From contig JAGIQG010000005.1 in assembly GCA_024679065.1 (NCBI GenBank), positions 68,324,001 through 68,388,000 on the forward strand: a DNA stretch of 64,000 nucleotides, in the 5' to 3' direction. The number at the start of each line of letters is the position of its first letter. The first letter of the stretch is position 1. Positions 38,601 to 51,356 of this stretch are shown in pieces. Position numbers and translations under genes: made by a program. The notes beneath the pieces were generated by a model, which saw only the letters and a program-made list of their open reading frames with translations, searched no databases and had not been told where the DNA came from. The stretch is from Sphyrna mokarran (taxonomy: Eukaryota).

Positions 38601-39929
38601 ATAATTGCAAACAATACATGCTGTCAGAAATGTAATACACTCTGTATTTGTACTTTAATGTTGTCAACTATAATTTTGAGGCTGACACAATGGGAAAGTT
38701 TGTCAAATAATAGTTTTGGTGTTTATGACAGTTCATATAATAGTTTCCTCATAAGAAGGTATGCAGATAAGAGAATAAGAATCCGACATAAAGTTACAAC
38801 ACTGGTCTGAACTTTCCTAAAAACGGAGAGGGTCACAGCTGTACCAAAATGGCACTGAGGTCCAGATTCCAGAGGTCTGATCCTAGTGCCCACAATTTTC
38901 ACTAGGAAGGGAATTAAATCCATGGTTTATGGAGGTAGCTGCATGTGTTGATGTACATCCGCCTTAATTTTCACCACTGGGATGTCTAAAGCACGGCTTG
39001 TGTGCCTTAGACTTTTCAAGAGATGATATAAAGCTGTTGGAGTTACTTGGAGAAGTAGGATTGGTCCACAGATACTGCTGGGAGAAGTAGGATGTCCTTT
39101 GGGATAGTTCAGATGTCTTTTGGGAAAGGTCAGTTGAGCTTGGGGATTGTATAAAGTGGTCATGAATGTGTGTAAATACTGGATAAACTCATTGGTATTG
39201 CCATTCTTATTGGAACTGTCAAGTTGTGCAAATAAACTGTCAAGCTCCCAAAGCATTTAAATCTCTTGGTTTTCAGCATGAGTCCTGAGGTCTGTCCAAC
39301 TAGATACTGGGTGAACCGGCGTGGAGGGTATTAGGGAAAGGGTGGTGAGTGAAGAGAGATTGGCATGAGTTAGTGCTAAGTTGGCAATAGGCTTATGTAG
39401 CATGATGGAATGGCATGGGTTGGATGGGCCATGAGAAATATGTGGGCACGAGAGAGTGTGAGGGTTAAGGCTGGAGGGCTGTTTTCTGTTTCACCTGCAA
39501 CAAAGTTCCAAAGCAATGAGGCATGCCTTTCATATTGTACACCTCAGCACCCAGCTATCTCTGAACTGTTTCAGGGAATAGCATACTGGAGACCTATTAA
39601 CAGCATTCCACTCCCGTTTCTCCATTGTTAGGTTTTATGGAAGGGAGAATTTTCCTGATTCTGCACTCCTAGGACTTGGGAACAAAAATTCAGGCCACCA
39701 CATTTAATTAGCTGACACGCACCTCGTGAAGATGTTCCCATTGGGGGCTCAGAATTATTGTTGTAATTCAAAACTTGTAAATTAAACACTTCTTCCAACC
39801 ATGAGTACAAAACCATTTTAAAATGATATAATTTGAGATTCTAGGAATATCTGTGGTCTAAGCAGTATTACAAGGTAAAGCATTATAATTACCATAGATT
39901 TAATTCTGAATTTTGTATTTGTTAACCAG

Positions 39930-40141
39930 GTGTTCCGAAGGCTTCTTTGGGCAGCCTAATAAACCAGGTGGATTATGCCAGCCCTGCCAGTGCAATGGTA
40001 ACCTTGATCTTTCAGTACCTGGCAGCTGCAATTCAGTGACCGGAGAATGTTTACACTGCATTGAGGGAATTTCTGGCCAGTTTTGTGATCAATGTGCTGA
40101 GGGATTCTTTGGAGATGCTGTTGGGGCCAGGAACTGCCGAC
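39930..40141 (+). CDS. LAMA2: LAMA2 exon (~exon 19), LE repeat
   Basis: ttaaccag|G...C|gtaagt; 212 nt; (R)CSEGFFGQPNKPGGLCQPCQCNGNLDLSVPGSCNSVTGECLHCIEGISGQFCDQCAEGFFGDAVGARNCR. Confidence 0.96.
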
Positions 40142-40879
40142 GTAAGTGTTGTTGCATTCTTGAATTACTATTTGTTCCTTAAATATGACAAATTAAAATA
40201 ATTGATAGTGTTTTCGGGGTGATGGTTAAGTGAAATGATTTTGAATTTTGAGCAAAGAAGAAAACCCCTGAAAGCGGAAGTTGCTGTCGTGCTTGATGTT
40301 TTCACTTGTACATCTTATGGTTTGAGCAGGGAAAAGGAGGGACCTGAACATGGTAGGCTTCTTATCTGCTGGAGCGGAGGAGACCAGCCCAATTATTCTA
40401 ACCCATCACCTGTCTGTTGGTGTAAATTTGTGGTTTGTGGTTGGAAAAAGTGCCACTGATAGGAGATTGAAAAGCCGATACCAGTAACTTAAAGGTGGTG
40501 GTGGGGGGGATGAGGACAGGGATGTAAATTGTAATCGATGTGGCCATTAGAATCAATGAGCAAAATAAACCAATGTGACATGAAAATTGTATCTAAAAAT
40601 AAATCCAAGTTAAAACACTAGTGATAATTTTCTGACCATATGCCTGCAGTTGGGAACTTTGCTGCTGATCAAGTGTGCACTTGCAGCCGGCGAGGTTTCC
40701 AATCTGAGCACAAAATTGGAAAAAACTTCCCAGAGCCTGTGAGGGTAGGTTTTAAATTCAACCGTGTTAAAGATCAAGAATCACTTATTAAATGTTGACT
40801 TCTGTCAGCACAAAGCATTTTTATCCACAATGCCAATGATGTGTCTGATTCTATTTTATTGTCTGATTTTAGCTTCTCT

Positions 40880-41110
40880 GCTGTTTGGCTATTCACACCC
40901 TTTATTCTTTCTTTGGACTGCCATTAGCAGTCTTTTCCCCTGGTTTCTGTGGCTATGACGCATCTTTCATTCCCTCACCCAGCAGTATAAATAAGTCCCG
41001 CTTTCTAATCCTTTTAGCTTTGACAAAGGTCATCTGGGCTCAAACCGACAGTTCCTTTCTGTCTTTATAGATGCTGCCAGATTTTCCAGCGTTTTTTTTC
41101 TTTTGGTTCC
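40880..41110 (+). mobile_element. Penelope-like terminal repeat fragment
   Basis: cagtataaata...gctttgacaaaggtcatctgggctcaaacc...agatgctgccaga, with a decayed hammerhead core. Confidence 0.55.
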
Positions 41111-44100
41111 ATTTTAAAAGGCCCTCCTATTGGATGTCAAAATCACTTGTCTATTTCACCTGATAAACCTTTTTTATTCTGATAGAAATAGGACCTGGCT
41201 GGATATCTGATATTTCAACATGTACTTGCCTAATTTGAAATCCTTCCCAGACCCAATTGCCACTCTTCAGTTTAAAAGTTAACCTTCACCATTATAATGC
41301 AGCTTATTGTGTCTCCCAAATAGTTTCTCAAATGAATTCATGCATTAATTTGAAGTTAAACAATTAGTGTTATTTAAGGAACTAAAAATTCATTTCTGAT
41401 AAACTGGAGACAGGATGTAAAGTACTTCAAAGAATAATTGGCATGATATTTAAATGGAAGTGTTTCTGAGGTTATAGAGAATTATTGCTGGAGGTCTGAT
41501 CTATCAGTAATTATCAAATGGTAATGCTACTCCAACAACTAGTCAACACAACAAAACCAAATTTCAGCATCAGAACATGCAGGATCTAGCTGGCTATTGG
41601 TACTTTTAATGTGCATGCACCTGGATGAGGTAAGTTGCCTCTGGCACAGTAAGAAAAAAAGATCAATACAAAGTATGCCATTGCACTGGCATCTTTTGTA
41701 TTATTGCATACTGATAAATCAGCATGCTTTAATATGAACAGTGAGATTCACATGTTCTTTCACCATTGTTTGCGTTATATTTTCAAAGCTATCTTTAACT
41801 CAGAGCACACAGCCATTCTGATATACGGTACGTATTCTTCCCTCTATTGTTCAGGAATTCAAAGAGCTGTCAATTGCAAAAAAAAATCCACAAAAGAAAC
41901 CAAACAACAGCAACCAAATGACTCATTTTCTGTCCCTTTGCTATGCTTCTACTGTCTAGAACTCCATTGTATTCGGGTCTCAGCAGGATCCACAGCTGTT
42001 TGAAAGAAAATGTCTTTATTATATTTTAATTACAGTAGGAATACGAACATTAAAAATGCTATGAAAATTGCCCCATGTCTCCTCTTGATTATATTATTCT
42101 GTCAAGTATAGCAAACATGAGCTGGGAGAAATTTATGTTATTGGAAAAGAGATAAAATAAGTCTGAATGCACGGAAGTCAGTTGTAACTTTGCTTACAAC
42201 ATACCATACTTCTTTTTGAATAAACCAGTTAGTATATTCAGACTCTTGGGTAATCATAGGTTGACAGCATTAAAGCAAGCAATAATCTATGCATTTACTT
42301 TAAGGTATCCTTTGAACAATAATGTGGTCATAATTAAAGATAAATTGTTGAATTTATTTGCATACATGACAACAATGAATGGATTTCATAAGTGATTAGT
42401 TATAAAGCACTTTGACAAATTCTGAGGACATAATAAGATGTTCCAGAGATACAGATTCTTTCAATGTTTTGAAAACCTTCTAACTTTATCTAAAATGTAC
42501 CTATTTAAGTATTTAAAAGAAGGCATATTCAAAAGCCCAATAGCATTGTCAAATAAGGGAGTACAAATAGCAATAACTGGCTGAAAACTTGTTAGAAAAT
42601 GTGGAGAGTGTGTAAGTCTAAACATCTATCCAGGTTGCTTTCTTGGGATAGAAACATGAGGGAATGATTTTTGCATTGCGCAAAATTATTGTGTTATATA
42701 CATTTTCTATTTTTTAAAAGTATATCATATTCACCAGCAAACTATCTTTTTCATCCATTTTAGCCAAAACTAATTTAATAAGTATAAATAATGGCCCTGG
42801 AAATTTAAAATTCAGGCCTACATATAGAAAAAGATTTAAAAGGTATCTTGTAAGCTGTATGGAAATGAGAGCTATTTGACATATGTTTACCTCTAGTCCC
42901 AATCCAAGTGTGCTGGAACACTTGTATGTTAGCTGTTTATTTTCTACATTTGGGTCAGACATTTGATTGAGATAGGGAGGTACATCTAAAAAAAATTAAT
43001 TTGCAGTCACAAGTTCTGTGTTACTGCTATAATATTAACCAGGGAGCATTTGAATGAAACAAAGGTACGCCTCAATATTCTCAATATCTGTAAAGATTAC
43101 ACTTGTTCCCCCCAAAATCAGAAACTCCCACATGAGATCAATGGATCTTTGCATTTACAATTCCCATGGCAGGCTGGGTGGGAAAATTCCATCCTAAGTG
43201 TCATTAATGGCAAAGAGAAATTATTGTATTTGACACAATGGGTCATATCGTGGGTATATCTTTGGTCACCAACCATAACAATCTGACTTGGTTTGCATGA
43301 GGAGGACATTCAAATAGTTTTGGAATTGATGGCTTCTGCAGGCCTTCTCTGGAATGCGAATGCCTTTGGCCAAACCATGAATCATGATTATGACTTTCAA
43401 CCACTGCTATAGTAATCAGTGAAGGTTCAATACGACCACATTTCTAAAATCTGCCTTTCCATGTCTGAAGTTATGTTCCACCCACTTTGAAGCCCAGAGA
43501 GTCTAAAACTATTTATTGGGGCAGAGTGTGGGTGGGTGTAGGCAACAAGTTATTCAGATTCCTGTCAATTGTTGTGATTTTCCACGTTTATTAAATTCAC
43601 ATCTGTCTCAGACAAAAAGATGTCCCTCCTCAAAATTACTTGTTATCTTAGTATCTCCATTACTGCGAGATCCTGAGTGTCGTATTCAAAGTAATTTTAC
43701 CTATTGATGTTTAATCTCACTGGCCAAGCTTCAAGATGATAAGAAGCACTGCTTTAAAGTGCCCAATGTCTTTATGTAGTAATTGGCTTTTTCGATTTCT
43801 TGCCCTCCCAATTGGTTTCACTTTGCAGCTTTGCAAGGTAATATCAATCAGGCCTGGCTACAGAAAAAAATATTATGAGTACCACCATTCTGATTCGTTC
43901 AGGCTGAGCGTGCTTGCCTCATCCACCATCTGCCTGATACGCACTTCACACAAAATTATCCCTTGAATCACAACTTCATCTCGTTTTTCTTTGAATTCTT
44001 TAAATGCAAATCATACCCCTGCAAAATAATGATGTGGAATTTAATGTGTTGTATTGAGCTGCCTGTGCACATGTTCTCTGACAGAGATGTAATAATGCTG

Positions 44101-44117
44101 GTTTTATTTACTTCAAG

Positions 44118-44224
44118 CCTGTGAATGCCATGTGAATGGATCCATTGCTGAGTTCTGTGACAAGCAGACTGGACAATGCCAGTGCAAACACAATGTCATT
44201 GGAAGACGGTGTGATCATTGCTTG
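44118..44224 (+). CDS. LAMA2: LAMA2 exon (~exon 20), LE repeat
   Basis: tttacttcaag|CC...TTG|gtaggt; 107 nt; (P)CECHVNGSIAEFCDKQTGQCQCKHNVIGRRCDHCL. Not in the ORF track. Confidence 0.94.
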
Positions 44225-46992
44225 GTAGGTATTGCTCAATAAACCTTAGAGATTGAAACAGTCAGAAAAAAGAAACATTTTTTGATAGCTTCTCATAACT
44301 ATGGATTTGTGTAAAGAGAGTGAACTAGAGAATATGTTTACATCCAAGAATGAAGTGAAAGAAGCAGGAAGAATATCCCCAGCTATTCCTGGCACACGCT
44401 TATCAGATTTATCAGAATGACAGAAAATTTGGTCAAGACCCAAATATGCCATATTCCCGCATTGCCTGTGGGTTTTCCATGGGATTTGTTTAAAAAAAAC
44501 TTGCAGTTTCTCCTTTCAAGATCAATGAGTTGGAAAGGGTGGTGTCTCCCCAGACTTGGAGCTCCTGCAGTGCAAACCTTGACCATCAACATCATGGCTT
44601 GCTGATCATTTCTGCCCAAAGAAAAGATGTGTTCCCCTTGCTTATGGTGGAACTTGAGTACACACTCATAGGACCTCCATTCAACAGGTCAGCTTTTTCA
44701 GTTTTTACTTCCTATACAGCTCTGTTAGAATGCAGGGAACTATCGTGTATCTCTGGATGGCCCAGAAAACCACACTTCACTTCTCCAGGCCAGCTGGGAT
44801 CTCTCAATGTCCCCAATTAGCCATTCACTATCCCTGCATACACCAGTCAGGTTAGTGCAGAATGGTAGCAATGGCAAATGTTTCAGGAAAGTGCGACAGT
44901 ATACAAATTTATTGGGCAGTCAGTTCTTTTGTTACATTATATTAGATAAACATTTTTTGACTTTTTTCTATGTTCTCTTTCATTTTCAATAAATCAATAA
45001 TTTGCCGACAACTGTCTTAAGTTGAGAATTACAGATCTGAAAAAGAAATGCTATGAATTAAAACTACTGCAAGAGAGACTTTTTTCAAAACTTCAATATA
45101 CCGATATTTTCCAGATAGCTGGTAATGAACTAGAGATTGAAATAACAAGTGCATGAATACAATTTGACTTTAGAAAAAGTGTTAATGGTTCTGGTCTGTA
45201 AGGGTAAACTGTGACAAAAATTCGGCTGTGTCACATTGACATATTTGACAGGAGCTATCTCAGTGTCAGGGCAATAAATACCTTTGTAATCCCAATTGTT
45301 TATTATTTTCTTTGAGCATTGCTCCCATGAGGAGCAAGGAACTACTGAATTTACCCTTCAACATGTTAAATTTCATATATGTTGGAGGAGACTTGTCTTC
45401 AAGATTACTTTTGGAAATCAAATTGTTGTGAATAGAACAGTACTTCTCAGTCGTGGTCTTGGCGGACCTTGTGGTCTCAAACATGCAAGATGGCAACCAG
45501 ACAAGTTGATTTCCGGCCAATGTTTCCTTTGAGTCTGCTTTCACGAGGGGTACAATTACAGCTGTGTAATGAGTATTATTCCCCTTCGATTTCCCACATC
45601 CTGATGGAAAGTTGGCTGATCTCAAGTTTTGCAACAGTGGTGCTGAAATGATGAGTTCATCAGAGGAAGTTTCGCTATCCTACTCTCTGCCCCTCATTGC
45701 TGAATTCTCACAATTAAGCTAGGGGAGCTTATTAAGATGTTCAGTCATGTGTCTGTGTTTAGCGCATGATGTACTGAGAGGGCTTTGGGTTTGTGGATGG
45801 GCAATCAAGCTCTGGCAGCTGTTAACAAGCTTAAGGTTGGCCAAAACAATGTCCTGATTTACTTGGGTCACTTGGTAACTTTGACAGCCGAAGAGATACG
45901 ATATCTGAAAGAGAGGGAGCACAGCAAGGCAGAATATAAATTTGACTTGTGGTGTTCATTTAAATAATCCACTCCAAAATAACAACTAAATAGGGGAAGA
46001 ATGAGATCAGTGAGTCATAGTGTCATAGCTCAAATAACCAGCCAATAGAACTGAGGCTTAGACGTACCAGCTTTTATTTATAAAGACAAACAAATCATGC
46101 ACCCTCAACCAACAACCCTGCTTTCAATCTGTTCTCACATGTAGGCATATAGGAGAGGTCCAGTTCCTAGCCACTACCTAAGCATAGTTAAGCACTTAAT
46201 TTATACACAATTAACACATGGCACCAAAGCAACTTTAGCATGAGGTAGACAACTGTCACAAAATTAAGGCCTGTTCAATGATAACTAAATGTTGCTGGCA
46301 CGTAACTGTCATGAATAGATTGGTTATTGAAACTCATACATACTTATGAATTAGGAGTAGAAGTAGGCCATTGACCCCTTGAATGTGCTCAATATGATCA
46401 TGGCTGATCTGATTGTAAATTGGGTGAGATGCTCTTTTGAAAAGTCAGTGCAGACTCAGTAGGCTGAATGGCCTTCTTTTGCACTGCAACAATTCTGTGG
46501 TTCTATGAGTTTGCTCATATGTTGTCAAATACAAGTGATTTTATTCAGTACTTCTTCTTTGGGCAATTTTATGATTGTAATTGGATCATCTTGGAAATGC
46601 TGAATGGAGATGAGGTGAAGGTCCAGAAGATGGTATGTCAGAGAATGCCCACATCATAGCAGTGACTACTCTTCATTGGCTGTGAAGTGTTTTGACATAT
46701 CCTGAGGTCATGAATGGTGCTATGGAAATGCAAGTTCTTTCTTCAGTCTGTGTGACTAAAACAAATGAGGAGGAAAGCAAAGGGAACGGATCACAGCTGA
46801 GGTTTTGCTTTAATTCCTGCATCTTGAGTAACTTGAAATCTGTTAAAAATGCTGTTCAACTTCTTTCCATTGTTGTGAGAGATTATCATAGTACAGTGGT
46901 TTGCACCAGGATTGAACATTATTCATGTCTGTTTGGTCTTATGTTTGTGCTTTGATTTTTGTGTTTTCTTTTATATTCTGCGGACTGTGCAG

Positions 46993-47274
46993 CCTAACTG
47001 TTGGTGGGATGATGAAAAGAAGGTCTGCATGCCCTGCCTGTGCAGTCCCATCGGTTCCATGTCACTCCGATGTGACAAAACAGGGCACTGTATCTGTAAG
47101 CCAGGCTTCTTGGGGAAACAGTGTACTCTCAACAGGCAGCTCTATGAGCAGCAGTATGATGAGAGTTCAAAGATGGTGAAAGCTGTTCAAAACCAACGTC
47201 GACGGTGGTGGGCAACAGGCATTGGTGGCTGTCCACGTGGTGCATACAAACCTGTCACAACCTCTGCCAGCGGG
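46993..47274 (+). CDS. LAMA2: Extra in-frame (probably cassette) LAMA2 exon encoding an additional LE module with a long loop insert
   Basis: Pyrimidine tract, then tgtgcag|CCT...GGG|gtaaaa; 282 nt, phase 0-0; PNCWWDDEKKVCMPCLCSPIGSMSLRCDKTGHCICKPGFLGKQCTLNRQLYEQQYDESSKMVKAVQNQRRRWWATGIGGCPRGAYKPVTTSASG. The donor position is less certain than the acceptor. Confidence 0.8.
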
Positions 47275-50200
47275 GTAAAAGTGCATTATGCCTGTGTGCT
47301 GTGTCTTACTTCGTAATTGTGTAGATTAAGAGAAATGCTTGCATTCCCCTTTTGAGAAACGTGTGTCACACATTTTTTTACTTTTGCTGCTGTACAATTT
47401 TATAGAGTGATACAAGTTAAAAAATTCAGACTGGATTTAATACCAATTTCAACTGATGTTGTGAATGCTTTCTATCTTTTACTGACTACAGCATAACAAA
47501 CATGGACAGGCTTAGTCTAATTTTCATTCAGCAAGGGATCACGCATAACACTGCTCAAAATTTGCCACAAATTTGTTGCATTTATGGTGGAGGGTAGGCA
47601 ACTATTTCAATGGGAAATGTTAATCTGGCGCTGTTGGGTACTGCTCTTTGGGTACAAAACAGTGATTGGGTGCAGAAGATTGACTGTAACTGTTTGCACT
47701 CGAGCTGATGCTGACTCTGAGTGAAATAGCAGAACCATTCCTCTGCAATGGTCACTAAAATGATTTTTGATCGTACCATTACCAATAATTAGGTGGTGAG
47801 AGCAGAAGTAAGAAAAATAACTTTCAAAAATCAAATCACAGAATAAATACTGTCATTTGTAAAAGAGATCATTCTGAGGAGGAATAGAAGCACTTCCAAT
47901 TCCAAATAATATTTGAAAAAAATTCTGCTTCCTGAAGAAATAATTCCAATTCTTTAGTGTCAAAGTAGCTAATCATAACAACCAGCCAAAACACAGCTGA
48001 TGCATACAGAGTTGTATTGAGCAGAGGTGGAAACATTCCTGGTTCTGGATAACCTTCTTCCACACAGGATTGATTTCTGGAGCCTCTGGCAGGCATCAAT
48101 GACTTGCCATGATATTTATGATTGCATTCCAGTCACCACCATTTTGAGTAGTGCCCTTAAAGAGACAGCAAGATATCCCCTTAGAAAACAGTTCAGAAAT
48201 TTTTTATACTTCCTGACGGGGTCAGAAAGAGCAACACAAGCTCATCTTCTCAAAATTGCCTCATGTTCTTCCATCATCTGACTTGACAGAATCTGGGAAC
48301 CTGGCTGACTTCCTGCCTGCCCATAATACTAAGCTGCAAGTAGGTGTCCGCTTTCTGTAGTTCATAAGAAAATGTGACTTGGGCCTCAAAATGCCTTAGT
48401 GATAACAACAGGCAGGTGTGTTTAACTTAATTATTATATGCCTTAATTTAAAATCATTCCAAAGAATTATAGTACGAGTTGGGATCTGCATTAGACTCCC
48501 TTTTCTTGACAATGGTTATGGGATAATTCATGAATTTGCAAGTGCACGTTTCATCTGCAAAAATCTACATTTTGAAATATTTTTATTTGGCATCATCAAA
48601 GTAAATAACTAGTCCAGCAATAGATTCTAAATGTGCTGACATAGAGGTATTTGTCACACAATAAAATCTCATGATAAAATTTTATGAATTATTAAATATG
48701 TTGTTTGGAGTTTATCTTTCTTTTTGCATCGTACACCATCTGGAGTTGTACACGTAGGACCGGATCCAGAATTTACTGCTTTTAACGATAAAAGAGCCGC
48801 TTAAAATATTATTTCCTCAATAAAAATGATTTTACGAGCTACATATAATCTTTTCAACTCCATATTTTGTATGACTCTATAAAAAGTACTATAAGCATTG
48901 AAATGCTTATTTTAGATCGTTGGTGTATTTTTTTGCTTGGAAAAGCAACTGAAAAAAAGAAATATTTTGCTGATTGCAAGTTTGAAAATTATGATTTTGC
49001 ATGGTGTGAATTGAATTAGTGGGGAACTCTTAAGAGGAACCCTGATACAGAATTGACAATTACTATAATAAAATGCCAATCAAATTACTTCATTTTATTT
49101 ATTGATTAAATTAAATCCAGAATGTTTTTCCATTACTAACAGGCATGTTTCAAGTATGATGTGAAGATTTATTAATACAATGCATGTTTCAAAACATGCT
49201 TTCCTAAATTATTTAAATGCAACATCTTATTTTTATTATTTCAAATGTTTACATATATTTCCAGAATTACAACATTACAAGCAAATCTATTCCATTACTT
49301 TTCAAACTTAATCATTCTTCTCCCAAACCTGCTTAATATAAGCATAAAAAGTGTCTAAAATATAAAGCCAGCATTCAGTTTGAACAGTGATAATTCAATA
49401 TGCAGATTGGCAAGAGAATTCCAAGGGTGGAATTTTATGGCCTCCCCACCCTGAGAGTGGGCAGGCAGGGCAGGGTTGATTTAAAGTCAGGTGTCATGGT
49501 GGCAGCATTATGGCTATCACTTCCCTGCCTCTGCTGGTATTCTACCTGCAATGGAGAGGCATCAGGCAGCCTGCGTGCCGTTGAGCCGATTAAGACCCTT
49601 AAATAGCCACATAATGATGATTTCAGGCCCTCTTCCCACTGCCGCTAGCATTTTATTTGTAAATGGAGGTATCAACATCACATGACAGACTAGGGAACTG
49701 TTTTGTTGATTGTGGAGGGAGTAGGATTCCTACTGTATGGTCACCTTGAGCCCAATTGAAGACTCTAATCCACAGTGCTCGACTACACCAGTTGTTTGAC
49801 TGCTCCACTGCCTTGCCAGACCTCGTCTTACACTCCTCAGTCGAGCCTTCCAGACTGGCCCAGCAGGAGACCCCAACTCACCATTTTGTCCAGGTCTCAT
49901 CCTAATTCTATTAATGGCCTGATGGCTGTTGAATCACTGCAGGCAAGTCTTCCCCTGACTTTTCAACTGGGGTTAGAGCCACAACTTTGCTTAAAGCTTT
50001 AGCCAAAGAATCAGTTCTATTTTTTAAAATTTATTCTTTCACAGAATGTGGGCAGTGCTGAGTGGTGCATCATTTTTTGCTTATCCCTAATTGCCCTTGA
50101 AAAGAGGAGTGATTCAGGGATGTCCTCGTAGAATCCCTGAAGAAGTTAAAAATCCCTACTGATTTATGGAAGTCCCTGGATGTGACCAACCAAAATGGAG

Positions 50201-51111
50201 AAGATTCACTTGAAATGGCACCAAGTATCTTGGGACACTTCATCAGTAACACGTAGACTTGAAATTAAGATGTGGAAAAGAGTGCACAAATTTCCCATCA
50301 ACTTATCTACCCAACCATCCAAGCACCACCTACTCCATGTGTAACAGAGCCTGTTGATCATGTGTTGTACTTATCAGCTATTTTAGAATCCATTGAACAA
50401 GAGTGGCAGCAAGTCATCTGTGATTCCAAGGGACTGTCTGAAAAGAAGACATTTAACACAATTGAAACTACACCAGATTATATCAGCCATTATCACAGCA
50501 GCATTGCAAGTACTTTTTTGTTAAACTTCTAATAGCTCAGTGGTCAGTACAGTAAAACATAAAACCCTCACATTTTATCACGTCTCTCTTCATTTATCAT
50601 TGTTCATCTTTTTTGCTTCTGTTGTATTTTGGCATTCTTTTTTCCTAACAGGTATTTTTCACATTTTTTGTATGATTTTACAATCATATTTTTTAATAGT
50701 TAGAAAATTGTGTAAAGTTGTACCCAAAGGTCTCATTTCACTACCATCTTTGAGGTTCCCTGCTAGGAGCATAAAGGTGAAAGATTATTTTTAAAGTTCT
50801 ATTTACTAATAGCTCTAGTGAGCTGCTAACATGTAAAACAAAATATTTTGAAAGCTGTAAAATGGAAATAAAAATAGAAAATACAAGTACAGCAGGACAC
50901 GATCTTTCTTTCAGCTCATGAATGATCCATTACGTATTTTCAACTTTCTCTATATTAACGTATATGAATAAAACCTTTCCTGCCTGCAGAACTTCCTTGT
51001 TTGTGTCGCACTTCTGTGAACATTTTCCATTCTAAATTCTTATATTTATAATGGAAACTGCCGATGTCTATTTGGCCTTTAGGCAGGAAGGCCATCCTTG
51101 AACTCTTCCAT

Positions 51112-51356
51112 GACATGGTGGCATAGTGGACTTGGGTTCGATTCCTGGCTTTGGTCACTGTCTGTGTGGCATCTGCACGTTCTCCCTGTATCTGCATGGT
51201 TTTCCTCTGGGTGCTCCAGTTTCCTCCCACAGTCTGAAAGATGTGCTAGTTAGCACATCAATCCAAAAAGGTGCTAGAGTGTGGCAACTCGGGGAATTTC
51301 ACAGTAACTTCATTGCAGTGTGAATGTAAGCCTGCTTGTGACTAACAAAATAAATT
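51112..51356 (+). mobile_element. V-SINE (HE1-related head and V domain, different tail)
   Basis: ggtggcatagtgg (A box), gggttcgattcc (B box), V domain gcacgttctccctgtatctgcatggttttcctctgggtgctccagtttcctcccacagtc. Confidence 0.8.

Noticed and set aside
38095-38798. Possible solo LTR (tgtaatttta...taaagttaca, internal TATA-like box)
   Set aside because: No target-site duplication and no second copy in the window.
45266-45634. 122-aa minus-strand ORF, possible nested gene or TE protein
   Set aside because: No family motif I can identify; needs a BLASTX/HMM search.
46021-46260. Possible minus-strand solo LTR (TGT...ACA with tttattt)
   Set aside because: Terminal symmetry is weak and there is no TSD.
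47253-47286. Alternative phase-0 donors for the cassette exon (CCT|gtcaca at 47253, AAA|gtgcat at 47280), or read-through to the stop at 47316
   Set aside because: Poorer match to the donor consensus than GGG|gtaaaa; cannot be excluded without RNA data.
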